From a virus (Duplodnaviria; Caudoviricetes): DNA of 64,000 nucleotides. Below the pieces are notes generated by a model. It was not told where the DNA came from, searched no databases, and saw only the letters and a program-made list of their open reading frames with translations. This document shows positions 29,138 through 38,075 of the stretch, in pieces (position 1 is the first letter of the stretch; every line of letters begins with the position of its first letter). A program made the position numbers and the translations under genes. The DNA lies in the IMG/VR virus record IMGVR_UViG_3300026522_000024, positions 52,105 to 116,104 of that record. One strand, written 5' to 3'.

Positions 29138-30805
29138 ATGAGCATTGAGCGTGTGCCCATAATCACTAGAATTAACACATCTGAAATAGAGGAACAGATG
29201 TGTAATAAATTCGCTGACCTATGGGCATTAAAATACAAGACAATTAAGGGCAAGCCTACTACATTTATTAGTAGTAATCCATTCAAGCATAGACCGTGGC
29301 AGTCAGCTATACTTAGGGATACTCACCCAAATAAAGTCATAGAGAAGTCAAGGCAGCTTGGTATGTCTGAAGTAGGACTATCAGAGGTTTTACACTTCCT
29401 TACTACTAAGGAAAATGTAAAGGCTATGTACATATTTCCTAGGAATCAACAGATGGTAGACTTTTCCAAGTCCAGAATAAAGCCAGTGTTACAAACTCCA
29501 TACTTTTTGGACAAAGTAGATAAAACTATGGACAGTGTCACTACCAAAAAGATATTGGATAATTGGTTATTCATGCGTTCTGGCTGGGAAGGTGCTACTG
29601 GTGAGGGTGTTGATACTGATTTCTTAGCTATAGATGAGTATGACCGCATGAAGGATGGAGTGGAATTATCCTTCCAAGAAGGATTATCAGCCAGCAAGTA
29701 CGGATACATGCGTAGGTGGAGTACTCCTTCCATTCCAGGTAGAGGTGTAAACGGTGCTATAAGTAAGTCTGACCAGATGAAGTATATTTGGACTTGTGAA
29801 CACTGTGGTACTAAACAATTCCTTACGTTTGATGATAATCTCATTCAGGTCAATCCTAATGGTGTAAACTCTGCTACTCAGGAGATAGCTGATGGCACTT
29901 TCATTATAGGATGTAAGAAGTGTAAAAAACCTATCAATAGAATGGGAATAGGAGAATGGGTGCCAATGTACCCATCTATTCATGAGGTTAGAGGGTATCA
30001 TATCAGCCAGCTTGATGCTGCTTGGATAAGTGCTGATAACATCATGAGACGTAGATTCAGCTACTCATCGAAGCAGTTGTTCTACAATTACGTTATAGGA
30101 GAGCCATTTGCTTCAGAAGGAATCAAGATAACAGAAGCTGATATCAAGGCATCCATCCGCTTGGGACGTGAGCAAGTGGCTAGGACTTCAGCATATGCTG
30201 CCATAGTAGCAGGTATAGACTGGGGTGACGTCAGCTACATGTGTATCCTAGGAGTAAAGAGCAACGGCGTAGTAGACTTGCTCAATCTTCATAGCGTACA
30301 TGATGACAGTAAAGTACCTCTGAAAGCAGTTGCATACTTCTGTGCCATTCTTAGGTCATACCAACCTAACATAGTGGTAGCAGATGCTGGGTACGGTGCT
30401 GATAAAAATAGCTATGGGTATACACAATTCCCTGCTGCTTGGTATTCCTGCTACTGGACTACAAATAAAGACGCACACAGCAAAACCAGATTCATTGACC
30501 AATGGAATGAATCTTCCAGAGAGGTAACTGTAGATAAGACCTTATCTATACAGAGAGTGCTTCACTCTATAAAGGGGCATCTTATAGGGCTGTTCCCGTG
30601 GTGTGAGAAGATTGCTATGTTTACTCAGCACCTCAAAAATACGGTTATCATGGATGAAGAAAGTGATGGACTAGTATATAGCAGGGCAACTAGAGTTGGT
30701 CCAGACCACTACTGCTGTGCTTTAGCATATGGACTTATAGGTGTAAACAAGCTGACTAATTACAATATTAATGTCAATAACTCCACATCTGTAGAGTTTA
30801 TCTAA
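29138..30805 (+). CDS. terL: terminase large subunit
   Basis: HRPWQ, KSRQLGMSE, DFLAIDEYD, RRWSTPS, C..C, GYHISQL, GIDWG, DAGYG, GPDHY. Confidence 0.93.
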   Translation: MSIERVPIITRINTSEIEEQMCNKFADLWALKYKTIKGKPTTFISSNPFKHRPWQSAILRDTHPNKVIEKSRQLGMSEVGLSEVLHFLTTKENVKAMYIFPRNQQMVDFSKSRIKPVLQTPYFLDKVDKTMDSVTTKKILDNWLFMRSGWEGATGEGVDTDFLAIDEYDRMKDGVELSFQEGLSASKYGYMRRWSTPSIPGRGVNGAISKSDQMKYIWTCEHCGTKQFLTFDDNLIQVNPNGVNSATQEIADGTFIIGCKKCKKPINRMGIGEWVPMYPSIHEVRGYHISQLDAAWISADNIMRRRFSYSSKQLFYNYVIGEPFASEGIKITEADIKASIRLGREQVARTSAYAAIVAGIDWGDVSYMCILGVKSNGVVDLLNLHSVHDDSKVPLKAVAYFCAILRSYQPNIVVADAGYGADKNSYGYTQFPAAWYSCYWTTNKDAHSKTRFIDQWNESSREVTVDKTLSIQRVLHSIKGHLIGLFPWCEKIAMFTQHLKNTVIMDEESDGLVYSRATRVGPDHYCCALAYGLIGVNKLTNYNINVNNSTSVEFI

Positions 30806-30820
30806 CGTAGGAGAGATAAA

Positions 30821-31054
30821 ATGCTGTATGGAGACCAGATTTATTTTTCTTTATTCACAATAGACTTGTTCATTCTCATTGTTTCCCTGTGGATAATCAA
30901 TAGGATTGAATCCAAAATATGGACTAACGACATACAGCTGCAGCACCTGCTAGAGTTAGTAGGAATTCTGAAGCTCATAATGTACAGTTCACTGATAGTT
31001 ACTATACTCATTATCCTTGTGAAATGTTTTCTAAAAATTTTTTACAAAATATGA
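30821..31054 (+). CDS. small membrane protein with two TM segments
   Basis: two hydrophobic stretches and a basic C-terminus. Confidence 0.55.
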   Translation: MLYGDQIYFSLFTIDLFILIVSLWIINRIESKIWTNDIQLQHLLELVGILKLIMYSSLIVTILIILVKCFLKIFYKI

Positions 31055-31063
31055 TTTGCCCAC

Positions 31064-31092
31064 TTTATTTTTGTTATGAAATAAGTTATAAT
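31064..31092 (+). promoter_or_regulatory. host sigmaA-type (early) promoter
   Basis: TTTATT-17 bp-TATAAT, followed by a GAGG-GGAAA-CCTC hairpin. Confidence 0.65.
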
Positions 31093-31149
31093 TAGGTTGA
31101 GGGGAAACCTCACACAAAAATCCTCATAGTTGAAAAAGGAGAGAGGACA

Positions 31150-33285
31150 ATGGCAATCTTAACAAAACATCAAATCAGCGAACTTAATGACAGAATGTTG
31201 GGTCTTGGTGCTCCTGTACAGTTTGACGGCATCGGCTACAACAAGGTTGACTTCTCCAAGATGGAGAATCTTGGTGGGAATTACCACCTCACTGACCGCC
31301 AAGCATGGTTCGTCTGCTTGACTCTGCGTAAGTACAAGAAAACTCAGCTGACCCAGTGGGCAGACGATATTGAGGAAAGCATTACTGCTTACGAAGGTGC
31401 TAAGACTGTTAAGGTCAACCCAGTAGAGGTAGTAGGTGTAAGTGATACTCAGGTTAGCTTGACTTGGGCATTTGACCGTAAGGTGAGTGACCAGCTGAAA
31501 GGTAAGCTGGACAACACTCAGTACAAATGGACTAAGCCTAATGGGACTTGGGTACTGAACGTGAACTGGGGATATGCTGAGACCATCAATCAGTCTTTTG
31601 TATCCTTGGGGCTGGATACCACTGCTCTGGTAAAGGCTATCCAGCAGTACAACAGCCAGCCTCACCCTGTTAAGGTACAGAGCAAGCCCCATACTGCTCA
31701 CCAGATTGTTTTGGAAGTTAGCAGACTTCCTAAATCAGTGGACACCATTCAGATTAAGAGTGATTACGACAAAGCATTGGTATCTGCTTTCAAGTCTATT
31801 CCTAACATGTTCTGGGATAACAAGAAGAAGGTGTGGAACTGCTACATTGAAAATGCTGCTAAGTTGTATGATGCACTGCCTGATGGAGTAGTTGCTGACC
31901 AGTTGAAGCCTTGGGCAGACCTCACTAGGAACTGGAACAAGAAATACAACCTCTTAGACCTCAGCAAGCTCAACCTGAAATTCCAGCCATACTCCTTCCA
32001 GCCTGAAGATGCTCAGAGACTGATGAACCTCCAGACTGGTCTGAACGGAAATGAAGTAGGTTGCGGAAAGACTTTTGAGCAGGTTATCATTGGTGAATCC
32101 ATTCCTATGAAGAAACTGGTTATCTGCCCACCCACTCTTAGAGTAAACTGGGAAAGAGAAATCCACATGGTGAACGCAGATGCTGAAGTACATATTCAGT
32201 ATTCCAATAAGCCTTACAAGTCCGTTGATGGCTGGAATATCATTGGTTATCATAGCCTTGATAAATTTCAGAAGCAACTGGAGAAAGAGCAGTATCAGGT
32301 TATCATGATTGATGAGGCTCACTTCATCCAGGCAGTTAACAATTATGGTAATCCTGACAGCAAGAGAGCACTCGCAGTCCTGCGGTTGGCTGCTACTAGC
32401 CAGTATGTATTTCCTATTACTGGTACTCCTAAGACCAACAGAAACATCAATCTGTACAATATTCTCCGTGTTATCCGTCATCCACTTACCCGTGGGAACT
32501 GGGCATTTCAGAATTATGGTAAACACTTCTGCGATGGACAGAAAACTCAGTGGGGTTGGGACTACACTGGTAACAGCAATGACTCCGAACTCAATGAGCA
32601 GCTGAAGCCTGTTATGGTTAGACATCTGAAGAAGGATGTATTGCCTCACCTGAAGAAACAGCGTCAGGCTATCCCTGTAAGCGTAAACCTGTCTGAATAC
32701 CACTATCTCATCAGTGAGTATCTCAGGACTAGGAAGAACAAGAACAGTGAGTCCTTGGTACAGCTCAACAGAGCAAAGCAGGTTGTAGCTATTCAGAAGG
32801 CTCAGGAGTCCATAGCATTCGCTCAGGACATCATTTCTCAGGGTAAGAAGGTTGTTATTGTAACAGCATTCACTGAGGTAGTTGCTCAGGTTGAGAAGGC
32901 AATCAAGGGTTGCCTGAAGATTGTTGGAGGTATGAGCGATAAGGCTAAAAATGCAGCCATCGATGAATTCCAACATGGTACGGCTCAGGCTATTGTAATC
33001 AATATTGTAGCTGGTGGTACTGGTGTAACTTTGACTGCTGCTAGCACAATGATTGTAAACGATATACCCTGGACAACGGGAGAGTTAGAACAAGCAGAAG
33101 GACGCATCTGGCGTGGTGGTCAGAAGGAAACTGCTATGATTTACTACATTATGGCAGCTGGCTGTGAAATGGATGAAAAGTTGATTGACACTATTGTTTA
33201 CAAGTCTCAGACTATTAATGCAGCTGTGGACGGTGGTGTTGGTGAAGAGTTAGACCTCAGAGCAATTCTGGAGGCAGAACTATGA
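31150..33285 (+). CDS. SNF2-family helicase/translocase (SMARCAL1/HARP-like)
   Basis: EVGCGKT, VICP, DEAH, TGTP, GGTGVTLT, QAEGRIWRGGQ; HARP-like FKSIPNMFWDNKKKVW upstream. Confidence 0.92.
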   Translation: MAILTKHQISELNDRMLGLGAPVQFDGIGYNKVDFSKMENLGGNYHLTDRQAWFVCLTLRKYKKTQLTQWADDIEESITAYEGAKTVKVNPVEVVGVSDTQVSLTWAFDRKVSDQLKGKLDNTQYKWTKPNGTWVLNVNWGYAETINQSFVSLGLDTTALVKAIQQYNSQPHPVKVQSKPHTAHQIVLEVSRLPKSVDTIQIKSDYDKALVSAFKSIPNMFWDNKKKVWNCYIENAAKLYDALPDGVVADQLKPWADLTRNWNKKYNLLDLSKLNLKFQPYSFQPEDAQRLMNLQTGLNGNEVGCGKTFEQVIIGESIPMKKLVICPPTLRVNWEREIHMVNADAEVHIQYSNKPYKSVDGWNIIGYHSLDKFQKQLEKEQYQVIMIDEAHFIQAVNNYGNPDSKRALAVLRLAATSQYVFPITGTPKTNRNINLYNILRVIRHPLTRGNWAFQNYGKHFCDGQKTQWGWDYTGNSNDSELNEQLKPVMVRHLKKDVLPHLKKQRQAIPVSVNLSEYHYLISEYLRTRKNKNSESLVQLNRAKQVVAIQKAQESIAFAQDIISQGKKVVIVTAFTEVVAQVEKAIKGCLKIVGGMSDKAKNAAIDEFQHGTAQAIVINIVAGGTGVTLTAASTMIVNDIPWTTGELEQAEGRIWRGGQKETAMIYYIMAAGCEMDEKLIDTIVYKSQTINAAVDGGVGEELDLRAILEAEL

Positions 33286-33291
33286 TAAACT

Positions 33292-33326
33292 AAGGACTGA
33301 GCAATGAGCCTCAGTCCTTTTCTTTT
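33292..33326 (+). terminator. rho-independent terminator
   Basis: AAGGACTGAG-loop-CTCAGTCCTT then TTCTTTT. Confidence 0.8.
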
Positions 33327-33463
33327 GGAAAACAGAGTAAGTTTACACATAAACTGATATGTACTTTTGTTAATTTAAGGAGGTAGGTAAGCAATACCAT
33401 ACTAAGCATATATTATTACAGAGACATGTATCCAAATTCATTCATAATAGGAGGGTAATAATT

Positions 33464-34420
33464 ATGATAACACAGTTTGTAAACAAGGGTACAGACTTAG
33501 AGGTGCTGAATAAGTCCTATGAATCTATGCCTCTGGAACAAGAAGAACTTGCTAAGGCACTAAAGAAAGATGGTCTTGTACTGGTTGATGTACAGGTAAA
33601 TGGTAAGCATGGTACGTACACTCGTAAGCAGTGGAAGAAAGCTAGTGATGTAAAGAAGAATGAAGGAAAATCCTCTAAGGGTGCTCCAGATGCTGATAAG
33701 CAGAAGGCTATTCCACAGGTTATTAAGGGTAAGCACATGAGTGACCTGAAGGATAATCTGAGGGAACATGGTCTTGTTTTGGACGGTGCATATGGCAGAA
33801 AGATACGTGATGACGAAGAAGTTATTATGTATGATAAAGATAAGAATACTTACACTGCTAAAGCTAATGTATACTCAGATGGTGGTGTAGAACTGCGTAA
33901 AATTACCAAAGAAAAGAAGGAAAAAACAGCAACTGATAATGGTAATGGCAAGCAACAGGATAGCGGCAGCCCATATCCAGACTACGTGAACAAGACTAAT
34001 GTTGGAGTACCTAAAGCACATAGTTCCTCCTATTTCTCTGAGAAGAAGGCAATTGAGTTTGCTAAGCAATTGCATGATAATGGTGCTACTAATATTGAGA
34101 TTAGTAGTGCTGAAGATGCATTCAATCAGACTCAGTACCGTGTTGCTTGGGATAAGGAAGAAAAGAAACAGAGTGACACAAAGGCAGGTAATAAGCCTAC
34201 CAAGAAAGCAGCTGCTACTTCAAAAGTTAAACAGGATTCTTCATCTAATGTAAGTGTTCCTAAGACCAAAGCAGACATTCAAAGCATGCTTGCTTCTGGT
34301 AAATCCAGAAATGATATTATTGAGCTGGCTAAGAAGTCAGGCATCAGCTGGAAGGAAAATGGCCACGAAGGCATCAACTGGATGAGGTGCTGCATGGCTT
34401 TGACTAAGGCATCTAAATAA
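33464..34420 (+). CDS. Lys-rich protein with the shared N-terminal leader; putative internal virion protein
   Basis: QFVNKGTD..LNKS..LAKA..GLVLVDVQVNGKHGTYTRKQW; C-terminal GISW..H.GINWMR module. Confidence 0.75.
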   Translation: MITQFVNKGTDLEVLNKSYESMPLEQEELAKALKKDGLVLVDVQVNGKHGTYTRKQWKKASDVKKNEGKSSKGAPDADKQKAIPQVIKGKHMSDLKDNLREHGLVLDGAYGRKIRDDEEVIMYDKDKNTYTAKANVYSDGGVELRKITKEKKEKTATDNGNGKQQDSGSPYPDYVNKTNVGVPKAHSSSYFSEKKAIEFAKQLHDNGATNIEISSAEDAFNQTQYRVAWDKEEKKQSDTKAGNKPTKKAAATSKVKQDSSSNVSVPKTKADIQSMLASGKSRNDIIELAKKSGISWKENGHEGINWMRCCMALTKASK

Positions 34421-34439
34421 AGAGAAGGAGTGAGTAATA

Positions 34440-34943
34440 ATGGAACTGCATCCATTCACCAGAGCAGCAGCCTTGGCTGTTCTTATAGGAAACGATTTTT
34501 GGTACATGCATCTGTATGCTAAGGATGAAGACTTTGATAAATCACATCAGCTTACTGGTAATTACTATGACAGGTTAGGCTGGGAAAGTGATGAACTTAT
34601 GGAACTGTCCATAGAGGTCGGTGCTGAAGTATTCAATCCCTCTGAGGTAGGTAAGTGGTTGCCTGAGTACACTCCAGAGAGTGATAAGGCTTACAGCTAT
34701 GGAACAATTGTAACCAAAGCACAGGAAAAGCTCAGATTGTACCTTACAGCACTCAAAGCAATGAGAGATTCTACCAGCCGTACAGATATACAGTCTAGGC
34801 TGGATGAGTGCCTGCGTTACTGGGAGAAGGAACTCAACTACAAGTTGGCAGCCAGAGCAGGTCAGGCTGGTGTACCTTCTATGCTAGTTGGCTTTGTTAA
34901 CTCAGGTTTGGATAACGAACTTGCGTACAAATTTGCTGAATAA
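34440..34943 (+). CDS. Dps/ferritin-like four-helix-bundle protein
   Basis: YMHLYAKDEDFDKSHQLT..YYD....DELME resembles the Dps HW.v.G..F...H...e..y...D.laE pattern. Confidence 0.65.
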   Translation: MELHPFTRAAALAVLIGNDFWYMHLYAKDEDFDKSHQLTGNYYDRLGWESDELMELSIEVGAEVFNPSEVGKWLPEYTPESDKAYSYGTIVTKAQEKLRLYLTALKAMRDSTSRTDIQSRLDECLRYWEKELNYKLAARAGQAGVPSMLVGFVNSGLDNELAYKFAE

Positions 34944-35001
34944 CCAGATATTATCATACAGAAGTACACCAGACTCAATCATATAATTGGAGGTAAGAGA
35001 A

Positions 35002-35214
35002 ATGTTTAAGATAAAGCGTTGGAATAACAAGTACGGAAACGCAGCTAAGTTTGTTGTTTTCGATGAGAAAGCTGACAAGTATGCTGAGTTTTCACCATCC
35101 AATCCCAAGGATATTGCTTGGGTGTCCAGTGATATCACTAAGAATCCAGAGTACAAGTCCTGGGATGACTGGAAGGACGAACCAGTAGATAATCTTGGTG
35201 ATATCATCATGTAA
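35002..35214 (+). CDS. small hypothetical protein
   Basis: GGAGGT SD. Confidence 0.6.
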   Translation: MFKIKRWNNKYGNAAKFVVFDEKADKYAEFSPSNPKDIAWVSSDITKNPEYKSWDDWKDEPVDNLGDIIM

Positions 35215-35228
35215 AGGACTGATAGGTA

Positions 35229-36317
35229 ATGCATTTTATAAACAACCAATCAGACATCAATACTATCAATTTCCTGTCTAAGTCTATACCAATGGAAACC
35301 ATGGAAAAGGCACTAGATAGAACTGGTCTTGTACAGAAAGAGGTACAGTACAAGACCAGTACAGGAAAGATAGCTACTAGGAAGCAGTGGGTAAGAGAAG
35401 GAGAGGAACAGACTGCTGTTAAACCTCCTAAAAAGCAACCTAGACCGCAAGTTGAGGCTACTGACCACAACATAACGGAAAAGACTGCTCACCTGAAACC
35501 TCTTCAGGAAGGAGAAAAGCTGCCTGATTACTTTACTGGAGAGCATGCAGTACCTCCTAACTGGAGGAAGGTTATGTACAGTCCAGACCCAAATGCTAAT
35601 CTGTTAGCTATAGGTAAGGATGGACAGAACAGAACTGTATACTTGTACCATAAGGACTTTGTAGCTAGCAAGTCCAACGAGAAGTTTAGCAGAGTCAGAA
35701 ACTTGATGAAAAACCGTGACAATATCCTTAATTCAATTAAGGAGTTGAAAGAATCCAACCCAGAGGTGTCTGACTGCCTTAATCTTATATTCCATATGGG
35801 TACTAGACCTGGCAGCACAGCAGACACCAAGTCAGTGAAGGAAGCACGTGGGGCTACAACACTGAAGGGTGAGAACGTGGTTGTGGAAGGTGACAATGTA
35901 TACCTAGATTTCACAGGAAAGAAGGGTGTAGCACAGCGTCACAAGGTTACTGATTCCTACCTGAAGACTATGCTAGTACAGCGTAAAAAGAAGGCAGGAG
36001 ACAATGGTGACCTGTTCAATACCACGGATGACCAGCTTAGAAAAGCACTGAAACCTCTTGGACTTCACCCAAAAGATTTACGTACTATGTTAGCCACTCA
36101 TATGGCTAAGCAGATGCTCAAAGACCTTCCTGTAGCGAATAACGCAAAGGAAATGACTAAACTGCGTAACCAAGTAGGTGACAAAGTCTGCTCTGTACTA
36201 GGTAATCAGCGTACAATGGCTTTGAATAGCTACATAGACCCAGAAGTATTCATAGCTCATAGCCCAGACGGCATGAGTGACTGGAAGTCAAATCAATCCA
36301 AGAAGAAGGTGAAATAA
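35229..36317 (+). CDS. type IB DNA topoisomerase (bacterial/poxvirus-like) with the shared leader
   Basis: VPPNW, G.DGQNR..Y.Y, KFSR, TRPGS, GATTL, FTGKKG, KDLRT, LGN, catalytic SYIDP. Confidence 0.9.
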   Translation: MHFINNQSDINTINFLSKSIPMETMEKALDRTGLVQKEVQYKTSTGKIATRKQWVREGEEQTAVKPPKKQPRPQVEATDHNITEKTAHLKPLQEGEKLPDYFTGEHAVPPNWRKVMYSPDPNANLLAIGKDGQNRTVYLYHKDFVASKSNEKFSRVRNLMKNRDNILNSIKELKESNPEVSDCLNLIFHMGTRPGSTADTKSVKEARGATTLKGENVVVEGDNVYLDFTGKKGVAQRHKVTDSYLKTMLVQRKKKAGDNGDLFNTTDDQLRKALKPLGLHPKDLRTMLATHMAKQMLKDLPVANNAKEMTKLRNQVGDKVCSVLGNQRTMALNSYIDPEVFIAHSPDGMSDWKSNQSKKKVK

Positions 36318-36318
36318 C

Positions 36319-36462
36319 ATGAACTTAGACAACCTTACACCTGAGCAAATGACTCAAATGATGAAAGATTCTCTAAAACAACCTACAAAACCTATGACAC
36401 AGGAAGAGAAAGAGCAGGATGACGCAGAGCATGGTTATTTCCAAGAACCAGAACAGGAGTAA
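36319..36462 (+). CDS. 47-aa acidic protein directly after TopIB (not in the ORF track)
   Basis: AAGGTGA SD; MNLDNLTPEQ...DDAEHGYFQEPEQE*. Confidence 0.6.
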   Translation: MNLDNLTPEQMTQMMKDSLKQPTKPMTQEEKEQDDAEHGYFQEPEQE

Positions 36463-36916
36463 CGTAACATTGCGACATGTGAATCCTTGAAAACTTTACA
36501 TAAGTCAAAAATTGAAGGCATAGCTTTACATACAGCTGTGCCCTCTACTTTTATCTACTGGAACTGTAGATATGTGGTAAAATCACATCATGAAATACTT
36601 GACCGAAAATTTTTTTCGGTTGCCTTTTTTAACGTAAAAGAGTAAAAAAGTAAATAACCTTAATTTAATAAAAATACTAAGTTTCTTGTAAAATAAAAAG
36701 AATTAACCTTCTTTTTTACTAACGTAAAAAAGAACAGCACTTGCTGTTTTTACATGTGAATACTTGAATCTTTTTCATAAGCCAGAAAACTGATATGTAA
36801 ACCTCAAAAAATTCTATGAATAGATGATACACATTATGCAGGGTTCTGATTCACTATCCTTTGTAAAATGTACAGTTTTTACTTGAAAAATTTTATATGA
36901 ACTTTATTTTTTCTAC
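36463..36916. other. AT-rich non-coding region with imperfect direct repeats (possible origin or regulatory region)
   Basis: ACATGTGAAT[C/A]CTTGAA...CATAAG at 36475 and 36752; AACGTAAAA twice; A/T tracts; no ORF. Confidence 0.5.
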
Positions 36917-36945
36917 TTTACTCTTGGGATGAAAAGAGATATAAT
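36917..36945 (+). promoter_or_regulatory. host sigmaA-type (early) promoter
   Basis: TTTACT-17 bp-TATAAT. Confidence 0.7.
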
Positions 36946-37003
36946 GTTTTTAGGAACACCTTATGTAAACCACAAAGCAGTTGAGTGAAAAGGAGAGATT
37001 GCT

Positions 37004-37732
37004 ATGAAGAGTACAGAATTGAAAGAAAAGCTAGACAAAGCTATTGAAAGAGTCCACAAGATTGAGGGTACTATTGAGAGGCATAAGAAGCAGGCAGACA
37101 AAAAGCTCACGGAACTGAAGAAACATAACTGGTCTGATAATCCTATGGACCACTCAGGTACTGGAAACCACGAAGCATACTGGTTAGCTTGTGAATATCA
37201 GGATAAGCTGAGTGACATGAAGAATTCACAGAAAAATCTGATTAAGGCTCAAGAAATAGCTAAAAACTGGGAGGACAAGTACAACAAGCAGCTGGAACTA
37301 GAAAGACATTATCAGTTTGAGATACCTGAAGCCTTTAAGACATTGAAGGATATACTTGTAGAGAACTGGACTAAATTCGACTTAGAAGAACAGAAACACT
37401 ACTATAAGAAATACAAAGAGTTAGGGTACAAAACCTTCATCCAGCGTTATAGCAGGAGCAGATGGGACTACCTCAGAAGCCATAATGAACAAGATTTCAG
37501 AGAAGAAAATGAGAAAGCTGCAGAAAACTGGATTTTAGACCTGTATAATAGAATCAAGAGAGAAACAGGAGAGATTGTTACTTGGGATAACATCACAGCA
37601 ACTCCTAAAGGATTGAACGGATACATAAAAGGAAAGTTGGGAGCAGTCAACGTAGAGACCATTATGGCTGGTGGATATAACATCCAGAGACTTCATTACA
37701 GAGTAATTCTTCATAAGGTAAAGGAGGCATAA
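37004..37732 (+). CDS. conserved phage hypothetical protein (coiled-coil N-terminus)
   Basis: LNGYI.G..G...VETIMAGGYNIQRLHYR C-terminal motif; AAAAGGAG SD. Confidence 0.75.
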   Translation: MKSTELKEKLDKAIERVHKIEGTIERHKKQADKKLTELKKHNWSDNPMDHSGTGNHEAYWLACEYQDKLSDMKNSQKNLIKAQEIAKNWEDKYNKQLELERHYQFEIPEAFKTLKDILVENWTKFDLEEQKHYYKKYKELGYKTFIQRYSRSRWDYLRSHNEQDFREENEKAAENWILDLYNRIKRETGEIVTWDNITATPKGLNGYIKGKLGAVNVETIMAGGYNIQRLHYRVILHKVKEA

Positions 37733-37737
37733 CTCAG

Positions 37738-37920
37738 ATGAAAAATAACTGGAGAGTAGTTATCTATGATGACTCTATGAACACAGGTTGTACAGCAACT
37801 AAGGTATTCATGGATAACCTTAACAAAACCACCGCTAAGAAGATTGAGCGTTACATGAATCACAAGATGGAAGAGACAGAAATGTTTGATATCAGCTATG
37901 TAGCTGAAGAAGTGGCGTAA
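37738..37920 (+). CDS. small hypothetical protein
   Basis: AAGGAGG SD. Confidence 0.55.
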   Translation: MKNNWRVVIYDDSMNTGCTATKVFMDNLNKTTAKKIERYMNHKMEETEMFDISYVAEEVA

Positions 37921-38075
37921 TAACCTGCTGAGGTGAACCTTCAGACGGTTGATACTGGAAGGCAGCTGGGTGGTTTAGACATGTGGGCTGACCCACCCAG
38001 TTGATGATAACCAGATTGATACTGAATGTTTGGAACCATATAGCAGAGATTCCTCACACTAAGGGGGTAACAACA

